Assembly (NCBI GenBank): GCA_037146775.1
Contig: JBAWWL010000001.1
Location: 69,464 to 133,463 of the forward strand
DNA length: 64,000 bases
Direction of reading: 5' to 3'
From: Candidatus Omnitrophota bacterium
GTDB lineage: Bacteria > Omnitrophota > Gorgyraeia > Duberdicusellales > 4484-171
In this document: piece after piece, positions 57,001 to 63,000 of the stretch
Numbering within the stretch: the stretch's first letter is position 1
How the letters are laid out: the number at the start of each line of letters is the position of its first letter
Made by a program: the position numbers and the translations under genes
The notes under the pieces: model-generated
What the model saw: the letters and a program-made list of their open reading frames with translations, nothing else
Database searches by the model: none
What the model was told of the DNA's origin: nothing

Positions 57001-60000
57001 AGGTGTTAGCTTTGATTGGGGTGGCTCAATTTTTAATTTGCCATTAGAGTATTTAAATAAAATTAAGATTGCTAGTATTGACTTGGATATGTTTACTAGT
57101 GATGTTTCTTCTAAAGAATTACAAAAGAAACTCATAGAAGTGCTCAGCTATGTCAGGGTAGGAATGGTTATTATTTCTCCAGCCGGTCCACAGGAAGCCG
57201 GTCAGCAACAGGCAATATTAATGAAAGAAATAATTGAAGATTTACTTGATAAGTTGATTCCTGGATGGAGATTACAAGAATTGGGGAGTAATGCTTTCGA
57301 TCCAACGAAGAGTTCTAGTGCTGTTCTTAACGGTCATCATGAGTCCAGGCTTTATTACCCATCTATAACTATTTGGGCTGTTCATCCAACTTTACGACAG
57401 TGCAGAGAGGTGATTAAGTGGGTCGCAAAAATGCCATGGCGCAAAACCGCTATAGTAGTGATTATTCCTTCAGATTGGGAAATGGCCTTAAAGTTTCTCA
57501 GAGATCGTGTTATCGCCAATCAACACTATTTTTATATGTTTATGTGTGAGCATTATATAGACGACGAAGGATGGTTTAATGAACAAGATATGTATAAAAT
57601 CAATGAATTGCGGCTAAAACTATCCGGGCGAGGATTAATAGCTGACGATCATTATCTATACGGTCAAAATACGCCTAACTGTATGAATATTATAGCTACA
57701 TGTCTGGCTAGAGGACTTATTTATAAGGGGCAATGTTGCAGTCCGCGTTTTAGCCGCAAATATACTCCATGCAAAAATTATTGTAGCTCAAATAAACTTT
57801 TTGTTATTGAAGATTTTACAATTACTGGAAGAAAGGGAATTGGCGTTCTTAATGACGAACAGCGTCGCGATTATACTCTTTTGAGTTTACATATTTCTGA
57901 GATTGAGAGGAGATATTTTGATACCGGCAATGGCGCTACCAGTTCTCCAGCTATGCACAGAAAAATGAAAGAAAAAGAACAACAAGAAAGAAAATCTTGG
58001 TTGTGGCAGGTTATTACAGGTCAGTTTACCTTTCCGTGGCTGGTGGGAGCTGACCAGCCTGCCGCAGCCGTCTCGTATGGTTACAGAGTAATGTCTTTTG
58101 TGATGACAAAATCATATCTTTTTAGTAGCCTTGCTAATAAAGCCCCTCCGTCTGTGAGCGTTTCGTTGGTCAGTTCTCCGCAAAAACCTAACTCAATACT
58201 CGCGACTCACTACTCACGACTAGATAAAGCCAGCTCACCCAATGCAAAGATCTCAGCTACGGCAGCCAGAATGGCAGAAATTTTTAACAATACTATTACC
58301 CATCGCAGCGATGTATGCCATGAAGATCTATTATTGCGCAACCGGCGAGTCCGGGAACTAAAAATATTTGGAGATGCTCTTGTTGGGCAATCGGGAAAGT
58401 TTGATGATCTTGATATCCTGGGAATAAAACTTGAAGAATTAAAGGCTGGTAAGTTTCTAGAAATAGGCTCGGGTAAAAAATGTCTAATCGGTCGCTTTTT
58501 AATCGACCAATTAGAATTTGATTCCGCTAATGTTTATGCGATAGATCCTATGATGGAAGAACCCGGCAAAGATTTTGATAATAATAGCGGGCGCTTTGTA
58601 AAAGGTATCATAGAAGAAATTCCGGAATTATTCCGGGAAATCAGCTTTAATATGATATATGCAGCATATGTGTTTTCCATCAGAAGAGGTTCTATAAAGT
58701 CCGGTTTACGCAAGATTGACCCTGGAAAAGCAGCCCGAAATGTTGATGTATTTTTGGCGCCCGGCGGAACACTGATGGTGGCAGGTAAAGCTATGCCGTC
58801 TGACATGGCTTGTGAATTGGCAAGTAGATTAGCCCAGCCTTATATCTGTCAGCGACCGGGAAATCAACATAGCCTATATTATTACACAAAGCTTCAGACT
58901 TTTTCTAGCTCGCCGGGTTCCCCCAGCACCAGCAATAGCTCCAATTATCGTAAGACATTAGGCCTGTTTCGGAGAAAAGATGACATCGAAGCATGGAAAG
59001 CGCTTAATCCTGTTTCTCCTATTGATGAGAATAAGTTGCCACGCCTATTCCCTAAAGGGGTTACGTATGGGTCGCAATGGAATTATTTAAGAGGTGAAAA
59101 GTATGAAATGAAAGGATATGTGCATACTGGTTTAGATTTATTAGTTCCAGCTTCTACCCAAGTAAGAGCAATTGCCGAGGGTACGGTATTTATAGGAAGA
59201 TATAAACACGAAAAAGGTGAATATGTTGTTGTTGATCATGGAAAGGGAATGCTGTCCTTGTATATGCATGTCATTCCTCGAGTAAATACCGGACAGAAAT
59301 TGGCGAAAGGAGATGTTATAGGTGAGGTAATGCATTCATCAATACATCCATCCCATCTTCACCTCGAATTATTAGCAAATATGGAAATATCCACAGAGGC
59401 ATTTCCGCGTGAAGGAGAAGATACGTTGGAAGATAAGGAAATAAACAGGCGGTGGACTTTTATTAAATACAGTCGAGAAACGAACAGCTTGGATCCGTTA
59501 TTGGTTCTTCCACAGATAGCCGAAGGAGCGGTAATAGAAGATGATGATAGCATTTTGATGGGTGCCGATAAAGGTGCAGGCTACGCCAGCTCGCCGTCTC
59601 AATCAGTCTGTAGTCAACGGTCTACAGTCAACGGTCGAGAAAAAATGCAAAATTTTGGTGATAGGCTATTGATTATACCTGCCTGCCGGCCAGACACGGG
59701 CTATGGGCGAAATCACGCCAGTTCATCTATGTTGGACAGCAGCGTCGGCCTTTCTGTGAAATATGTGAAATTTTCTTCGCCAGGTATTCCTTTGGAGTGT
59801 GACTATAATTGGCTCCAGCTGCAAAAAGGTATTCTTCTTGAATCTTATGCAGGTAATTTGTCGCCGGAAGCCAGCCGTCTCTTGCAAGAGCCGCAGATAG
59901 CAATTTGGAATGATACGTTTACTCCGCGCATCTACCTTGAATTCGCATGGAAAACCTACCCCCCTCAGAATAATCCATGGGTTAGTATCTTATACAAAGT

Positions 60001-63000
60001 CATCGAAATCTCGGTACGCAAGCACTTAGAGATTAAGGCGGGAACTAAAGAGGATGAATTTTTCAGGCAATTTTGTTATATTTCTGAAAAAGAAACAGAC
60101 AGTTTGGTTAAACCTACACAGTTACAGATTATAGGATTACGAACCGATACATTCAGGGTGCCGGATTTCTGGAAAGCTCAGCTCATTTGGCAAACCTGGT
60201 TATTTTGTAATATGTGTATGGGCCATGTCCAGGGTTTTATTCCAAGGGTTTTCCCTGACACATCTATCGGGCCGGCAGGCATTGATGATGCTTTACATTT
60301 AATTTATCTCATTGGTTTGGGGGGGATGGGTATTCCTGCCAGCCTAAATATCAAAGCTGCTGATATTAAACGTTATTTTTCCTCGCTTGGCTTTGGGTAT
60401 AGCCTGATTACGCAGTGTGGATGCTCCGAGCAATCATTACTCGCAGAAGAAAGAATTCAAGAACTGGTAGAGCATTATAAGGTCACGTTAGCGTTAAAAA
60501 CGCGTACAGATTACAATATCTATAAAGCCCGGTGCGATGCCGTAGATAAATTTAATTTAGCTGATGTTGAGTCGTGGCGTCGAGAGCGAGTAGAGCTGGA
60601 ATTAAGCGCTTTAGAGCAGCAAGGATTTAAAGCCGCAGCCGAGGTGCGCAGGCGCTTAGGGTTTGCCTCTGCAAGTTCTCCATCTCTGCCCGCCAGCTCG
60701 CCGGTGACTTCTAAAGAGTGCACCATATTAGTGCAAACTGATTTCTGGAAAGAGATTTCTGATATGTATGCATGGCCAAGAAAACCTAACGTTAAAAAGA
60801 AAGATAAATTGCTTGCGATAGTAGAGGGCCAATTTATTGATTGTTTACTACTGGAGAGAGTTCAGACAATATTGAAACAATTGGAACTCTTTAAATATTT
60901 TAATTATAGATATGAGGGGTTACAAATGAACTATTTCAGTAGTTTACTTGACCACATTATTGTTAACAGTGTTGATGCAATTTTTGAGAGAATTGACCGG
61001 GGTAAATCCGGGCATCCGCGTTATAATCCCCAAGAGTCTATAGCCCAGGCCCAGGCTCAGATACTTTTCTCTTTGTGTAAATACGATGGGGATGGCCCTC
61101 TGTATGAAGCGGTTTTAACTGATAATGGGGTAGGCATATCACTAGATCTTATGCGAACTTGGTCCACATGGACAAGAGATATTTTATTTCAATATACTGA
61201 AAATACCGTTGGAAGAGCATACCTGCCAATCCCCTCATCTTTTTCAACAAAGAATAGGGAAATCTCGGGTTTATATATTGGTCAACGCGGAGGTGGAATG
61301 GTGGAGTTTTTTCTTGATGCTGAAATAGGAAAGTTTCAAGTGACTATTGATTCCTGCCAGCCAGAGCAACGGGGTTACAGGTTTATACAGAGCACACAAG
61401 GTAGAAGAAACGTTCTTAACGCCTCCTGTGCGGCAATAGGCACCAAGGTTACTTTACGCGTTAAGTGTGCCAGTCGAAAAAGGTTTCAAGAAGTTAGTTC
61501 ATGTACTACTAGCCCTCCGGATGAGAATAAAAGGGGCGAAGCGATTAGTATGCCAAAAAATGTAGAAGCAGAAATTTTTATGGTTGATGTTTTGTTCGCG
61601 ACCAGCGAAGTCATTAGTTCATCAATTTGCGGTTTGCATGATTCTGGCCCGAATGATCCGAACGCGAGCAGTGCCGTAGGTCAGGGGCTTGAGTATGAGG
61701 TTAATACGCGGTTAAGTGAACCCGCTGATTTTAAAAAAATAAACGGTACTATTGCCGTAATTGGCGCATCAGGCTTTCTTGGTAGCTATATATATCTAAA
61801 ACTTTTATGGCTCGGCGCTCGCGTTATTGGGACTTTTTGTCACACCAAGATCGCGCCGCTTTTGGCGAATAATATGTGTTATCTTGATGTAACCGATGCA
61901 CGCCAGGTAGAAAAATTCATGCAAGATCACCGTCCGGCAGTAGTTATATATGCAGCAGGAGCTGTTGCATCAAAAGAAGAAGGACGAAATACGGAAAATA
62001 TAGAAGCGTTAAATATTGCCGCCATTGATAATATTGCCAGTTACTTTGGAAGCCATTTTATCTATTTTTCCAACAGCCAGGTTTATAGTGGAAAGAATCC
62101 ACCTTATACCGTTAATGATCCTGTTGATCCGATCAACCAGCGCGGAAAAATAAAGGCTGCCGGAGAGGCAATGTTGTTTGGTCGTCACAGAGATAGCTTT
62201 GTACGTTCAAGCGTAGTACGCGCCGGATTATTTTACGGCTATAGTATGTTTTGGCGAAGAATGGATGTTGTAGGCGATATCGTGCACAGGCTTAAACGCG
62301 GCGAGGCAACGATTGAAGCCGATAACTATCAGATCAGATATCCTGTTTTGATTGATGATGTTGTGGCGCATACGCTTGATATAGTAAAACACAGCGCTTA
62401 TGGCATTAGCCATATTAACGGTTTAGAGCCAGTCACAAGGTATGAATTGGCAAAAATGGTTGCTGGTATGTATGGAGACCTTACCGCTACTACTAGTGAA
62501 ACACTTATTATTCCTAAGCAAAATATTTTCCGCAATGAACCATTGGATAGTCGGCTAGTTAATACGTGTGGTATCGAGCTTACCCCACTGGAGGTCGGTT
62601 TACGCAAGGTGGTTTCTTACTATATTTGGTCGCAATCGGACCATCCGACTAGCTTGCTCCAAAAACCTTTAGGTGCCGGTCAAGCCAGCTCGCCGCAGGC
62701 CAGCGGCTTCGCCACTAGGCGAGCGAAGTCTCGCCTGTCGCAAAGTAATGAGGCGGACTCGCCAGGTGACCCGCGCAAACTTTCTTTTTATTCTAAGCTG
62801 CCAGATGGTTTTCAAAGAAATCGCAACAAGTATGGAAGGGCTTTATCCGGCGAGTGCGAACCGTGGGCGCGGTGGGCATTTAGAAGATTGAAAAATTATC
62901 TTAAAGAAGAGAAGGGGTTGATTAAGGAAGTGTATTTGATGTTTTTATGCGATGCGAAATGTCACACATCAATTGGGCATGCTTGGGTTGAATTTGTTAC

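Noticed and set aside
27608-58248. CRISPR array to explain the recurring ACTCACGACT and CCAGCTCGCCG repeats
   Set aside because: The repeats are 9-12 nt, not 24-48 nt. They are irregularly spaced at kb scale rather than with 30-40 nt spacers. All are in-frame within coding sequence. No cas genes are present.
456-62891. Plus-strand ORFs in frames 1 and 3 (for example 456-653, 46383-46655, 62673-62891)
   Set aside because: All are at most 90 aa and overlap the open phase-2 frame out of phase. They have no coding signatures.
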